Counted from the first letter of the stretch, positions 8,681-16,443 are shown. The stretch: DNA of 25,294 bases from a virus (IMGVR_UViG_3300038379_000399:1-25294); one strand, 5' to 3'. Numbers and translations are program-made. Notes: a model not told the origin generated them from the letters alone.

Positions 8681-9135
8681 CTGGCGGGCTTCCATTGCAC
8701 GCGATTGCCGGCTTCGCGCCATAGTAACCTAACATCGGCTGGCTCCACGTGCGATGGCCAGTAATCGAAATCAAAACAACGCCAATTGTGATCGCCGAGC
8801 AACCCGTAATCAAGAATCGAATCTGGCTTGATCTGATCGACCACCCAACGATGCTTGGGGTGTATGCCTAGCATGAAAACACCACCCTCCCAGCCGCTAT
8901 TAGCGACCCGCTGAGCCGTTTCCGGGCAGAACCCCCATATCGGGCGCACTTCGACTAGAACGGGCCTCCGGCGCGAGATAATGAAGTCTGGGATGTATCC
9001 GGCTAGGTCGATAGGCTCGTAGTCCCATTGCCAGCCTAGCAGATCGAACATGGCCGCCCATCGGGCTTCTAGCCGCGAGCGGAACTGTACCCCCGCATAG
9101 CGTGTGGGTATGGCGGGAATGGCGTTTGGTTGCAT
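8677..9135 (-). CDS. PD-(D/E)XK endonuclease-family protein
   Basis: T.Y.G..FRSRLEARWA..FD..G..W.YEP....GY.PDF....VEV pattern; AGGAG SD before ATG 9135. Confidence 0.8.
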   Translation of the reverse strand: MQPNAIPAIPTRYAGVQFRSRLEARWAAMFDLLGWQWDYEPIDLAGYIPDFIISRRRPVLVEVRPIWGFCPETAQRVANSGWEGGVFMLGIHPKHRWVVDQIKPDSILDYGLLGDHNWRCFDFDYWPSHVEPADVRLLWREAGNRVQWKPAR

Positions 9136-9218
9136 GGCGTGTAACTCCTGCCCCGCCCGACCCTCGCACGCCAATGACGAGCTAGGGCGGGGAGGGGTTA
9201 GCCCAATGGGCAAAGTTG

Positions 9219-9248
9219 AGACTACCCCAGATTGGATCGGTGCGTCAA
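9219..9248 (-). promoter_or_regulatory. Sigma70-type promoter for the leftward early operon
   Basis: TTGACG-18 nt-TAGTCT with A-rich upstream tract; followed by a GC-rich 5' UTR hairpin (CCCCGCCC...GGGCGGGG) ending at the SD. Confidence 0.55.
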
Positions 9249-9270
9249 TTCTTTTTACGAAACTTCCGCC

Positions 9271-9467
9271 GTGGCACTTTGCCTGTGGCAGTGACAACCC
9301 CTACTACGTAGGGGGGTTGCCACAGCCCACAGAGCAAGAGTTGCCACAGTTGCTTGCCACACCTTTGCCACAGGGTAACAGTTGATAATTACAGGGGTGT
9401 GCTGTGGCAAGGATAATTGAAATTGAAAATCATTTTCAATTAGGTGTGGCGCCACACCTTGCCACAG
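9271..9467. repeat. TTGCCACA(G/C) repeat array with palindromes; putative replication origin
   Basis: Direct copies at 9317, 9341, 9354, 9365, 9459; inverted copies at 9283, 9402 and partial at 9271; hairpin CCCCTAC-TAC-GTAGGGG; perfect palindrome AGGTGTGGCGCCACACCT at 9442-9459; AT-rich flank. Confidence 0.7.
9421..9441. promoter_or_regulatory. Fur-box-like operator (perfect 10-1-10 inverted repeat)
   Basis: AATTGAAAAT-C-ATTTTCAATT; overlaps a leftward TTGAAA-18-TATCCT promoter-like element (9439-9410). Confidence 0.6.
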
Positions 9468-9595
9468 TGAGATCATTAAGGAATTCGGGAATTGGCAGAA
9501 ATTCAGAAAATCGTCTTTGCGGCTCAAAATAGTAAGCGCGCCCACCAAACAAAGGTATTTTTGAATTTACAATTGTAATTCTTTCATTACAATTC

Positions 9596-9624
9596 TGGCA
9601 ACAATGTATGCGCCCGGTTACAAT
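9596..9624 (+). promoter_or_regulatory. Putative promoter for terminase genes
   Basis: TGGCAA-17-TACAAT followed by GAGGAG SD; TTACAATT repeated at 9567, 9587, 9618. Confidence 0.4.
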
Positions 9625-9644
9625 TTAGATCAGAGGAGATCAAT

Positions 9645-10019
9645 ATGCCCCCATGGCAAAAGGGCCAAAGTGGTAATCCGAAAGGTCGGCCGAAGGGAAT
9701 GTCGGCCCACATGGCTTACCTGATTGCCCAAAAAACCGATAACGGTCAAGCCCTAGTTGACTTCGCATGGAGCGTTTACAAGGATGAGAATGCGCCGCTC
9801 ACCGATCGCATATGGGCGCACAATTGGCTTGCCGATCGAGGCGCCGGAAAAGCACCACTCGTGATCGAGGCGAATGTGCAATCGCAGAATCTAACGCTCT
9901 TGGAGATGGTCAATCTCGGTCAACTTCCCGACGAAAAACTTTTCGAGTTGGAAAATATACTATCGAGTGCGGTGGGCGAGCCCCTGCTATTGAAGCCGGC
10001 CGATGACTCCGACGTGTAA
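9645..10019 (+). CDS. terS: Terminase small subunit (DUF5681-type N-terminus)
   Basis: WQKGQSGNPKGRPK motif, DR..GK motif; directly upstream of and overlapping TerL; GAGGAG SD. Confidence 0.8.
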   Translation: MPPWQKGQSGNPKGRPKGMSAHMAYLIAQKTDNGQALVDFAWSVYKDENAPLTDRIWAHNWLADRGAGKAPLVIEANVQSQNLTLLEMVNLGQLPDEKLFELENILSSAVGEPLLLKPADDSDV

Positions 10020-11622
10020 GCACGTCGCACTTCGCACGCCCGATGGGCGATGCCTAGTGTGCCCACCTCCAAGCGCTGAGTTAAAGTTCACACCTGAGCT
10101 AGCCACCGAGCTACTCCGAGAAACCCGCGCGGTACTTGCTCGGCGGAAATTCTCCTACTTTTTCCGCGCGGGATGGCACGTCCTAGAGCCCGCCACTCCG
10201 CTACTCGATAACTGGCACATCGATGTGGTGTGCGACCACGTTCAATGGCTGCTTACCGAATGGCTAAAGCACAAGCGCGATCCTTCGTACATTCAGCAAA
10301 TCAAATCGCTCCTAGTGAACATCCCGCCAGGAACGGCCAAAAGCCGCATCGTTTCCGTGTATGCGCCCGCGTGGATGTGGCTGCATTGCCCGGAATGGCG
10401 CGTGATGTGCCTATCATCAAATCCGAACGTAGCAATCCGCGATGCCATGTATTCTCGCGAGTTGATCGCGAGTCAATGGTATCAGCAAAACTTCAAACCC
10501 GATTGGGAGATCCGAGGAGATCAAGATGCTAAGGGTAAATTCGAGAACACCGCGGGCGGCTTTCGCGTAAGTAAAGGCCTTGAAGCAATGGTTACGGGTG
10601 ACCGTGCGGATGCTTTGTTTTGCGACGATCCACACGATGCCCAAGGCGTGCACTCAAAGATTCAGCGCCAGGCCGTTATCGACCGGTGGGATCAGGCCGT
10701 GCGAAATCGCGTTAACGAGCCCGCGCACTCGATTCGCCTCCTCATTATGCAGCGCTTGCACGAAGATGATCTATCCGGGCATTGGTTACGCCAAGGCGGC
10801 TCCGAGCATTTGTGCTTACCAATGGAATTTGAACCGGAGCGGCAATGTAAGACGGGCTTGCCTTGGACGGATACCCGCGCGCCCGGCGAGTGCCTACACC
10901 CTAAGCGCTTCCCGCCCGTGACCTTGCAAGAGGAAAAGAAAGCGCTCGGCTCTATGGGCTATGCAGGGCAAATGCAGCAACGCCCGGCCCCGGCCGAGGG
11001 CGGTATGTTCAGGCGGGACTCTTGGGGATGGTTCCGCTTGGATGGGGCCGTCCCCACGCGCGCGCGCCCATCGGGTACGTCGGATCGTGAGTGCCGGGTG
11101 ATTGGCTATAGTAAGAACGGTCAGATCGCGCTCGATCGCATCGTGCTTTCGGTCGATGCCAGCTTCAAGAAAACGGAAGATGGCTCGCGGGTATCGGCAC
11201 AAGTGATCGGGGCAAAAGGCGCCGATCGGTTTGTGCTCGATAACGTCACCAAGCCAATGGATTTCACTCAAACATGTGAGTGTATTCTGGCCTTGATTGC
11301 TAAGTGGCCCGATATCACCAAAGTTCTTATCGAGGATAAGGCCAACGGCCCGGCGATCATCAATCACCTATCGAGCAAGGTACAAGGGATCATCCCCATC
11401 GAGCCCGAGGGTGGTAAAGAAGCACGCGCGGCCGCCATCCAACCCCAAGTAGAATCAGGCAACGTCTACTTAATGGAAGGGGCGGCTTGGGCGGATGATT
11501 TCGTGCACGAGCTAGGCACATTCCCCAATGGTGCGAAAGATGATCAGGTCGATGCACTTTCACAAGCGCTGATCTACCTTAATCAAAAAGGGTGGCGCAC
11601 GATAATGCTAGGGCGTTTGTAG
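10003..11622 (+). CDS. terL: Terminase large subunit
   Basis: NWH, VNIPPGTAKS (Walker A), LFCDDPH (Walker B), IMQRLH.DL, QQ.P, SVDASFK, IEDKANG, FPNGAKDDQVDALSQA nuclease motif. Confidence 0.95.
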   Translation: MTPTCKHVALRTPDGRCLVCPPPSAELKFTPELATELLRETRAVLARRKFSYFFRAGWHVLEPATPLLDNWHIDVVCDHVQWLLTEWLKHKRDPSYIQQIKSLLVNIPPGTAKSRIVSVYAPAWMWLHCPEWRVMCLSSNPNVAIRDAMYSRELIASQWYQQNFKPDWEIRGDQDAKGKFENTAGGFRVSKGLEAMVTGDRADALFCDDPHDAQGVHSKIQRQAVIDRWDQAVRNRVNEPAHSIRLLIMQRLHEDDLSGHWLRQGGSEHLCLPMEFEPERQCKTGLPWTDTRAPGECLHPKRFPPVTLQEEKKALGSMGYAGQMQQRPAPAEGGMFRRDSWGWFRLDGAVPTRARPSGTSDRECRVIGYSKNGQIALDRIVLSVDASFKKTEDGSRVSAQVIGAKGADRFVLDNVTKPMDFTQTCECILALIAKWPDITKVLIEDKANGPAIINHLSSKVQGIIPIEPEGGKEARAAAIQPQVESGNVYLMEGAAWADDFVHELGTFPNGAKDDQVDALSQALIYLNQKGWRTIMLGRL

Positions 11623-11817
11623 CGATTCTAGTTTGAGCGCGCGAAAGATCGTAGAGACCTGATCGCGCGTCATGCGGGCCCGGCGTAACGCGGCTTCGAG
11701 GCCGGGAAGCGGCGCATCCTCGATATCGTACAAGGATTCAAGCCCGTCGATCACGGCCGTCGCGTGCTTGTGTGCATCCCGTAGGGCCTCTCGAGCCTCT
11801 TCCCGAGTAACCATCAT
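11608..11817 (-). CDS. Hypothetical helical protein (69 aa)
   Basis: TGATG coupling with the RlpA-like gene; AAGGAG SD. Confidence 0.6.
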   Translation of the reverse strand: MMVTREEAREALRDAHKHATAVIDGLESLYDIEDAPLPGLEAALRRARMTRDQVSTIFRALKLESLQTP

Positions 11818-12218
11818 CACTCCTTGATTCGCCAAAAGCGCACGCGCGCAAAGCCATTGTGGTCAATGGCTCGCGCCGCGCGCGGGGTTAGGTCCAAGCA
11901 CGCCCGCCATTTGCCGGGCGCCTCTTTGTTCAGTTTGAGCGCCCACTCACCCTCGTGGATGGCGCCATACGGCCCTCGATCAATCACACGCGCGATCGTG
12001 GCCTTGCCGGTTTCAAGGTTCTGAACGAGCACCGTAGAGCCAAGCGGTAGCGTGCGGTGCGCCACACCCATATCGTGCGAGGACACGGGGCGTTTTAAGA
12101 GAAGCGCATTCCCGCCAGCCCATTTATCGCCAGTATGTCCAAAAATAGTGGACTTACAGGTCTCGGGCTCGCCACTTAGCGCGCGTAAGAGTCTAGCGAG
12201 TACTAGTAGTGCTTCCAC
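11817..12218 (-). CDS. RlpA-like DPBB lytic transglycosylase
   Basis: VAHRTLPLGS.V.V.NL.TGK....RV.DRGPY...LDLT..AA..I signature of the RlpA double-psi beta-barrel. Confidence 0.85.
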   Translation of the reverse strand: MEALLVLARLLRALSGEPETCKSTIFGHTGDKWAGGNALLLKRPVSSHDMGVAHRTLPLGSTVLVQNLETGKATIARVIDRGPYGAIHEGEWALKLNKEAPGKWRACLDLTPRAARAIDHNGFARVRFWRIKE

Positions 12219-12547
12219 AATCTTACCCAGTTCCCATCGCGGAGGAGATTAAGTTGATCATAAGGCGGATAAGTTTGATAAGCGACGATCGGGCCATAAC
12301 CACATACCTTCGAATCGAGTTGCAAGTGTTTCTGTTGCATCTCAACGATCGCGGCCGTGCGAACGCCGTTGCCTGAATCACAGGAAAACTTCAACGCTTC
12401 AATGCGCAGAAAATCCTGTCCGTTCGACCAATCACCGTCTAGGAATGTACCAAAGTCGGTCGGGGCATTCCCGCTGTACGAGTAGTAGTTATCCGAATCA
12501 TCAACTTGACAAGCACTGAGCGTAAGAAAAAGCAGTAGGTATTTCAT
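12203..12547 (-). CDS. Lipoprotein (114 aa)
   Basis: MKYLLLFLTLSA-C lipobox; GAGGAG SD; ATGA overlap at 12547. Confidence 0.75.
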   Translation of the reverse strand: MKYLLLFLTLSACQVDDSDNYYSYSGNAPTDFGTFLDGDWSNGQDFLRIEALKFSCDSGNGVRTAAIVEMQQKHLQLDSKVCGYGPIVAYQTYPPYDQLNLLRDGNWVRLWKHY

Positions 12548-12837
12548 ACAATGTTCTCCTCGTTCCATTCATTTACCGCATCGGGATTGAAGCGGTAGTA
12601 AACTTCGCCACATCCACATAATCGCATAAGGCCCTGGGTAATTGCAAGCCCACAATCTTGATAGCGGGTCGGTAGGTGGTAGGCGTGGCCCGAAAAGAAA
12701 TACGCCATGTAAGCCCGCATCACGGCCGCGGCCTGTGGCTGTGTTGCACATTGCTCTAGGAGTAGCTCGCATATCCGGGTAGCCATCGTGGCGCAGCGAT
12801 TGAAGCCAGCTCGATAACCATCGTGGTAGTTGCTCAT
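12544..12837 (-). CDS. Hypothetical protein (97 aa)
   Basis: Abuts the upstream stop; coupled to the downstream gene. Confidence 0.65.
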   Translation of the reverse strand: MSNYHDGYRAGFNRCATMATRICELLLEQCATQPQAAAVMRAYMAYFFSGHAYHLPTRYQDCGLAITQGLMRLCGCGEVYYRFNPDAVNEWNEENIV

Positions 12838-13152
12838 TTAGTTCACCAGCTTCAAGTGGCGTTCTCTTTTCTTGGGCTGCACTAATGTGCGCTCGCTAGT
12901 AAGCCGGCGCACGGCCTCCCATGGAATGAAACACCATGTCGGGATGTTATTAAAAGTGAGCGTGCAAGAAACACCCTTATGATCGGCCATGAGATCCGGT
13001 ATTTCAGGTGTTAGACCATAGCCGATGCGCAAACACAGATTGCGATCACTCTTCAATCGAAAGGGTACTTCAACATCGGGATGCGCGGCATCAAGTAGTA
13101 CGAGGACCGGCCCATTTAAAAGGAGTGACTCGAAGTCTGTTAACCAGCTCAT
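12838..13152 (-). CDS. sspB: SspB-like ClpXP protease specificity-enhancing adaptor
   Basis: V.LDA.HPDV.VP..L....L.L.I.Y....PDL.....GV..TL.F......C.IPW.AV core plus C-terminal ClpX-binding-like tail RERHLKLVN (compare E. coli RPALRVVK); ATGA overlap at 13152. Confidence 0.8.
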   Translation of the reverse strand: MSWLTDFESLLLNGPVLVLLDAAHPDVEVPFRLKSDRNLCLRIGYGLTPEIPDLMADHKGVSCTLTFNNIPTWCFIPWEAVRRLTSERTLVQPKKRERHLKLVN

Positions 13153-13496
13153 CGCCGCACCGGGTTGGGCGTATCGCAACAAGGCGAGATCGTGACGGGC
13201 GGGCCGGCCTCGAAGTGGTCGCCACATCCGCGGCAAAAGTAGCGCGCCGGCTTACCGCTCGGCTTCGTGAACCATTCGTCCCCGCCAGGATTACCGTGAT
13301 CAGCGGGATAACGCAGATTCGAATTCGCTTGGGTATTGATATTGATTACATCGCGAGTGAAATGTCCGCGGTCAATCAAGAGTCGCGAGCACAGTATACA
13401 TACTTGTTGCGCCGGCAACTCCCCTAGTATCTTCACTCGCCCCTTACACAAACATTGTAATTCGATCGGCCCGCATACGATCTCGATTTGACCCAT
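13149..13496 (-). CDS. Cys-rich putative zinc-binding protein (115 aa)
   Basis: CLC, CILC, CRGC, CC motifs; TGATG-coupled start at 13496 (alternative start 13532). Confidence 0.6.
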   Translation of the reverse strand: MGQIEIVCGPIELQCLCKGRVKILGELPAQQVCILCSRLLIDRGHFTRDVININTQANSNLRYPADHGNPGGDEWFTKPSGKPARYFCRGCGDHFEAGPPVTISPCCDTPNPVRR

Positions 13497-13732
13497 CACA
13501 GCCACATCGTCATTTTTTCCAGAGTTACCCATGACTCCTCCAAGGATAGATCGAGTTTTAGTTCCGATGCAAGCTTTTCGATTTGCTCTTGGGTTAGCCG
13601 CGCGCGCACAAGCCCCTCTTCCAACCAATATTCTTCCCATAGATCCTCGATCGTGATCTCTTCGTAGTAGCGCTCCTCCGGCCTGGTAAGCAACTTGCGG
13701 GCCATGTCCAGATGCTTAGTTGAAATCTTCAT
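13496..13732 (-). CDS. Acidic hypothetical protein (78 aa)
   Basis: GAGGAG SD; coupled within the cassette. Confidence 0.65.
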   Translation of the reverse strand: MKISTKHLDMARKLLTRPEERYYEEITIEDLWEEYWLEEGLVRARLTQEQIEKLASELKLDLSLEESWVTLEKMTMWL

Positions 13733-13907
13733 AGAGAAACTCCTCTAATTCGTCAATAGAACATTCAAATTCAACCGCCCGCGCGAGCGCGCGTCCGAGT
13801 ATGTACCATTCACTCTCTATGAGAGAGAACCGAAACTGTTTACAGAGCGCATCGTGGTAGCCCGTTTGCAGGAGAACATTCACCAATTCATCGCTCAGGA
13901 TTACCAT
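13716..13907 (-). CDS. Acidic hypothetical protein (63 aa)
   Basis: ATG at 13907 overlaps the upstream stop: MVILSDELVNV... Confidence 0.6.
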   Translation of the reverse strand: MVILSDELVNVLLQTGYHDALCKQFRFSLIESEWYILGRALARAVEFECSIDELEEFLYEDFN

Positions 13908-14095
13908 TTGATCACCGTCATGTTCGGATCTAGGGTTGACTCTTCCACGATGAAACCCCCGCGTTGGAGATTCCACTCTACCGCCCGGCGCCTCATCGGG
14001 TCTAGCGTTATTTCGGTGCGCTTCTGGCGTGCCATCCGCGCTCGGTTGACTTGGGCCATCGCCCGGTGTGTCTCGGTCGCATATTGTGGGGGCAT
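13901..14095 (-). CDS. Hypothetical protein (64 aa)
   Basis: AAGGA SD; part of the coupled cassette. Confidence 0.6.
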   Translation of the reverse strand: MPPQYATETHRAMAQVNRARMARQKRTEITLDPMRRRAVEWNLQRGGFIVEESTLDPNMTVIKW

Positions 14096-14196
14096 TGTCG
14101 CTATTCCTTTCTTCCGGTCTTGTCGGTTGTTATCGGCCTTGCCAATCGTCTTGCCATTTCCAGTCGGGGCGCATTGGTACGGTTTCCTTCGGCGGG

Positions 14197-14379
14197 TTAC
14201 GCATCGAGGTACTCCGTGGTGTGCATTTCCAGATCAACCGATTGCCCCGTGATCGAGCGTAGGCCATAACCATCGTGGAAATCAACCGCGACGTAGCCGC
14301 ATTCGCGCGCGAGCCGCAAGTTCGGGCAACGTTGCATCTCGGTGAGGAAACCATCTTCGTGTTTAAGTGTCGTGCTCAT
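14197..14379 (-). CDS. Hypothetical protein (60 aa), first gene of the antisense cassette
   Basis: ATG directly downstream of the sigma54-type promoter. Confidence 0.6.
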   Translation of the reverse strand: MSTTLKHEDGFLTEMQRCPNLRLARECGYVAVDFHDGYGLRSITGQSVDLEMHTTEYLDA

Positions 14380-14391
14380 AACCCTCTATAG

Positions 14392-14407
14392 AGCAAGCCC
14401 CGGGCCA
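14392..14407 (-). promoter_or_regulatory. Sigma54 (RpoN) -24/-12 promoter
   Basis: TGGCCCGGGGCTTGCT: GG-N10-GC with TTGCT, one mismatch to TGGCACG-N4-TTGCW; intergenic and heading the cassette. Confidence 0.65.
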
Positions 14408-14417
14408 GCCCGCCCAT

Positions 14418-14498
14418 TATCGGGGTTTCCGATATTTGTATCGGTAGGCCGATATCGCATGGCACGATATTACCACCCTCCCTCAATGTCCCTCAATG
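14418..14498. repeat. TATCGG/CCGATA inverted-repeat cluster and CCCTCAATG tandem pair (putative regulator sites)
   Basis: TATCGG 14418, CCGATA 14429, TATCGG 14439, CCGATA 14449, ACGATA 14464; CCCTCAATG at 14480 and 14490. Confidence 0.55.
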
Positions 14499-14597
14499 AT
14501 TGCGGGTACTTAGCTATGGTACCGGGCCGCCAGGGTGGCACGCCGCGGTCACGGCGCATTGCTCTTACCTCTGATCCGGGGTATTACAATAGTAACA

Positions 14598-16019
14598 ATG
14601 CCGTTTCAAAAGGGTAAATCGGGGAATCCCAGGGGCCGCCCGCGCAAAGATGCTAATAAATCCGATGGGATGGTTAATGCGTTAACAGGGTTGGGCGCAA
14701 TCGGGACCGATAAGCGCCTATCCGCCTACCATAAAGCCAACCCGGTATCCCCCGATCAAGCGCAAGATTGGTGGCGCGGAAATGATATTGCGGCGCGGAT
14801 CATTGAAACCGTGCCTAATGAGGGGCTACGCCAGGGCTTCACCTTCAAGTGCGACGACAAGGATCTATCCGAGAAAGTTCAGACCCGATGGGAGGAGTTG
14901 GGTGTATCGGAGTTTTTGTGGCGCGCATGGACCTTCGAGCGGGCTTACGGTGGCGGGGCCGGCCTCCTTGGCGCTAATGACGGCGCGTCCAGTCTTATGG
15001 AGCCGCTCGATATCGAGCGCGTGTCCAAATTCGATTTTATCACTAGCCTAGAGCCCATCGAGGTAGTGCCGTTCCAATGGTATACCGATCCCACAAATCC
15101 GAAGTTCGGCAAACCAAGCATCTACACGATCAACCCGATCTCCACGGGCGGTACCGCGGCCACGGGAAAAACCTCGTATGTGCACGAGTCGCGGCTCGTC
15201 ATATTCCCGGGCATCCAAGTATCGCGGCGCCAGCTATCCAACATATCGGGATGGGGTGATTCCATACTCACCCGCATCGAGCCCGTTCTTCGCGATTTCA
15301 ATGTGACGTGGGAATCCGCGGCCGTGCTCTTGGTGGATTTCTCCCAAGCGGTTTTCAAGATGAAGGATCTCGCCGAGATCGTGGGCATGGATCGCGATGA
15401 GGCTTTCAAGAATAGAATGAAGGCCGTTGATCTCGGCCGCTCGGTTCTCCGCGCCATGGTGATCGACGCGGAAGAGGAATTCGAACGCAAGAGCACCACG
15501 CTTACCGGCCTTCCCGAATTACTCGATCGTTTCTCTACCCGGCTCGCCGCGGCGGCCGATATGCCGCTTACCCTCCTAATGGGCCAAAGCCCGGCCGGCC
15601 TGAATGCCACGGGCGCGAGTGATATCCGATTCTTCTATGACCGGGTGAAGGCCGCGCAGAACCAAAAGGTGCGCCCGGCCGTGGAGTACATCACCCGCCT
15701 GATCCTTAACACCATGGGCGGGGAGCCCGATAACTGGTCGATCGAATTCAACCCGCTATGGCAACCCACCGATAAAGAGAAAGCCGATACCCGGCTCGTC
15801 CAAGCCCAAGCTGATCAGATCTACATCTCCAATGGGGTGGTTTCGGCGGATGAAGTTGCGCTATCTCGCTTCGGTGGTGATGAGTACTCGCTTGAAACTG
15901 TGGTAGATTTTGAAGCCCGCGCCGAGCTGGAAGCCAGTGATCCCGCACGGGAAGAAAACGCCCAATCAGGGTCAAATGATCCCGAGCGGGAAGAGGAGGG
16001 CACCTTTAATGAATCCTAA
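14598..16019 (+). CDS. Portal protein (DUF1073-type)
   Basis: ARII..., R.YGG, D....FG.P..Y, VHESRL, WG.SIL, A.MPLT.L.GQSP.GLNATG.SD...YD, F.PLW...KE motifs; ATG at 14598 follows TACAAT. Confidence 0.92.
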   Translation: MPFQKGKSGNPRGRPRKDANKSDGMVNALTGLGAIGTDKRLSAYHKANPVSPDQAQDWWRGNDIAARIIETVPNEGLRQGFTFKCDDKDLSEKVQTRWEELGVSEFLWRAWTFERAYGGGAGLLGANDGASSLMEPLDIERVSKFDFITSLEPIEVVPFQWYTDPTNPKFGKPSIYTINPISTGGTAATGKTSYVHESRLVIFPGIQVSRRQLSNISGWGDSILTRIEPVLRDFNVTWESAAVLLVDFSQAVFKMKDLAEIVGMDRDEAFKNRMKAVDLGRSVLRAMVIDAEEEFERKSTTLTGLPELLDRFSTRLAAAADMPLTLLMGQSPAGLNATGASDIRFFYDRVKAAQNQKVRPAVEYITRLILNTMGGEPDNWSIEFNPLWQPTDKEKADTRLVQAQADQIYISNGVVSADEVALSRFGGDEYSLETVVDFEARAELEASDPAREENAQSGSNDPEREEEGTFNES

Positions 16020-16443
16020 ATGGAAGTGGTTTCTCCCCGGCTACTTATTCGCGCTACCACATACCTTAATTGGGTTGATACTTACCCTAATCTGGTATCG
16101 CCCGCGCGCGTGGCGCTTCGCCGATGGTGTGCTGGAATGCACGGCGGGGCGAACTAAAAACGGCCGCACTCGCATTTGGGGCCGCCCCGGGGCACAAACC
16201 CACGGCTTTCTCGTGGTCTATGCGAGCGGCGCATCTCGTAGGTTTCTACCGCTGCGCCGACACGAGCGCGCGCATATTGTGCAGGGGTTTCTCGGCGGTC
16301 CTCTGTACGTGATCCTGTACGGGTTGACTTTTGCTTGGAACTATCTCCGCTTGCGCGAATGGCGCGCCGCGTACTTGGCGATCCCGTTCGAAAAGTACGC
16401 CCGCTCGATCGAACGCAACAAAGGATGGGGAGATCGTGTGTGA
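16009..16443 (+). CDS. Membrane-associated zincin-like metallopeptidase (HExxH)
   Basis: GAGGAGG SD; hydrophobic N-terminus; GAQTHG, RRHERAHIVQ, Y..IPFE..A. Confidence 0.75.
   Translation: MNPKWKWFLPGYLFALPHTLIGLILTLIWYRPRAWRFADGVLECTAGRTKNGRTRIWGRPGAQTHGFLVVYASGASRRFLPLRRHERAHIVQGFLGGPLYVILYGLTFAWNYLRLREWRAAYLAIPFEKYARSIERNKGWGDRV

Noticed and set aside
8681-9297. Longer track starts at 9297 and 8722 (likewise 4321, 13236, 14535, 15910, 16335, 17233)
   Set aside because: Downstream starts have SD sequences or stop/start overlaps; the extensions run through promoters or neighbouring genes
9271-9467. CRISPR array
   Set aside because: Repeats are only ~9 bp, irregularly spaced and in both orientations
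14100-14196. Tiny ORFs (MRPDWKWQDDWQGR; MARRLARP...) in the cassette gap
   Set aside because: Too short and two competing frames; cannot be supported from sequence alone
14536-14563. Plus-strand sigma54 promoter for the portal (TGGCACG... and GGTCACG...TTGCT)
   Set aside because: The GG-N10-GC spacing is not satisfied by either candidate
14598-16019. Anti-CBASS Acb1 label sometimes attached to DUF1073 proteins
   Set aside because: Only portal motifs are present; no appended 2H-phosphodiesterase domain with paired HxT motifs
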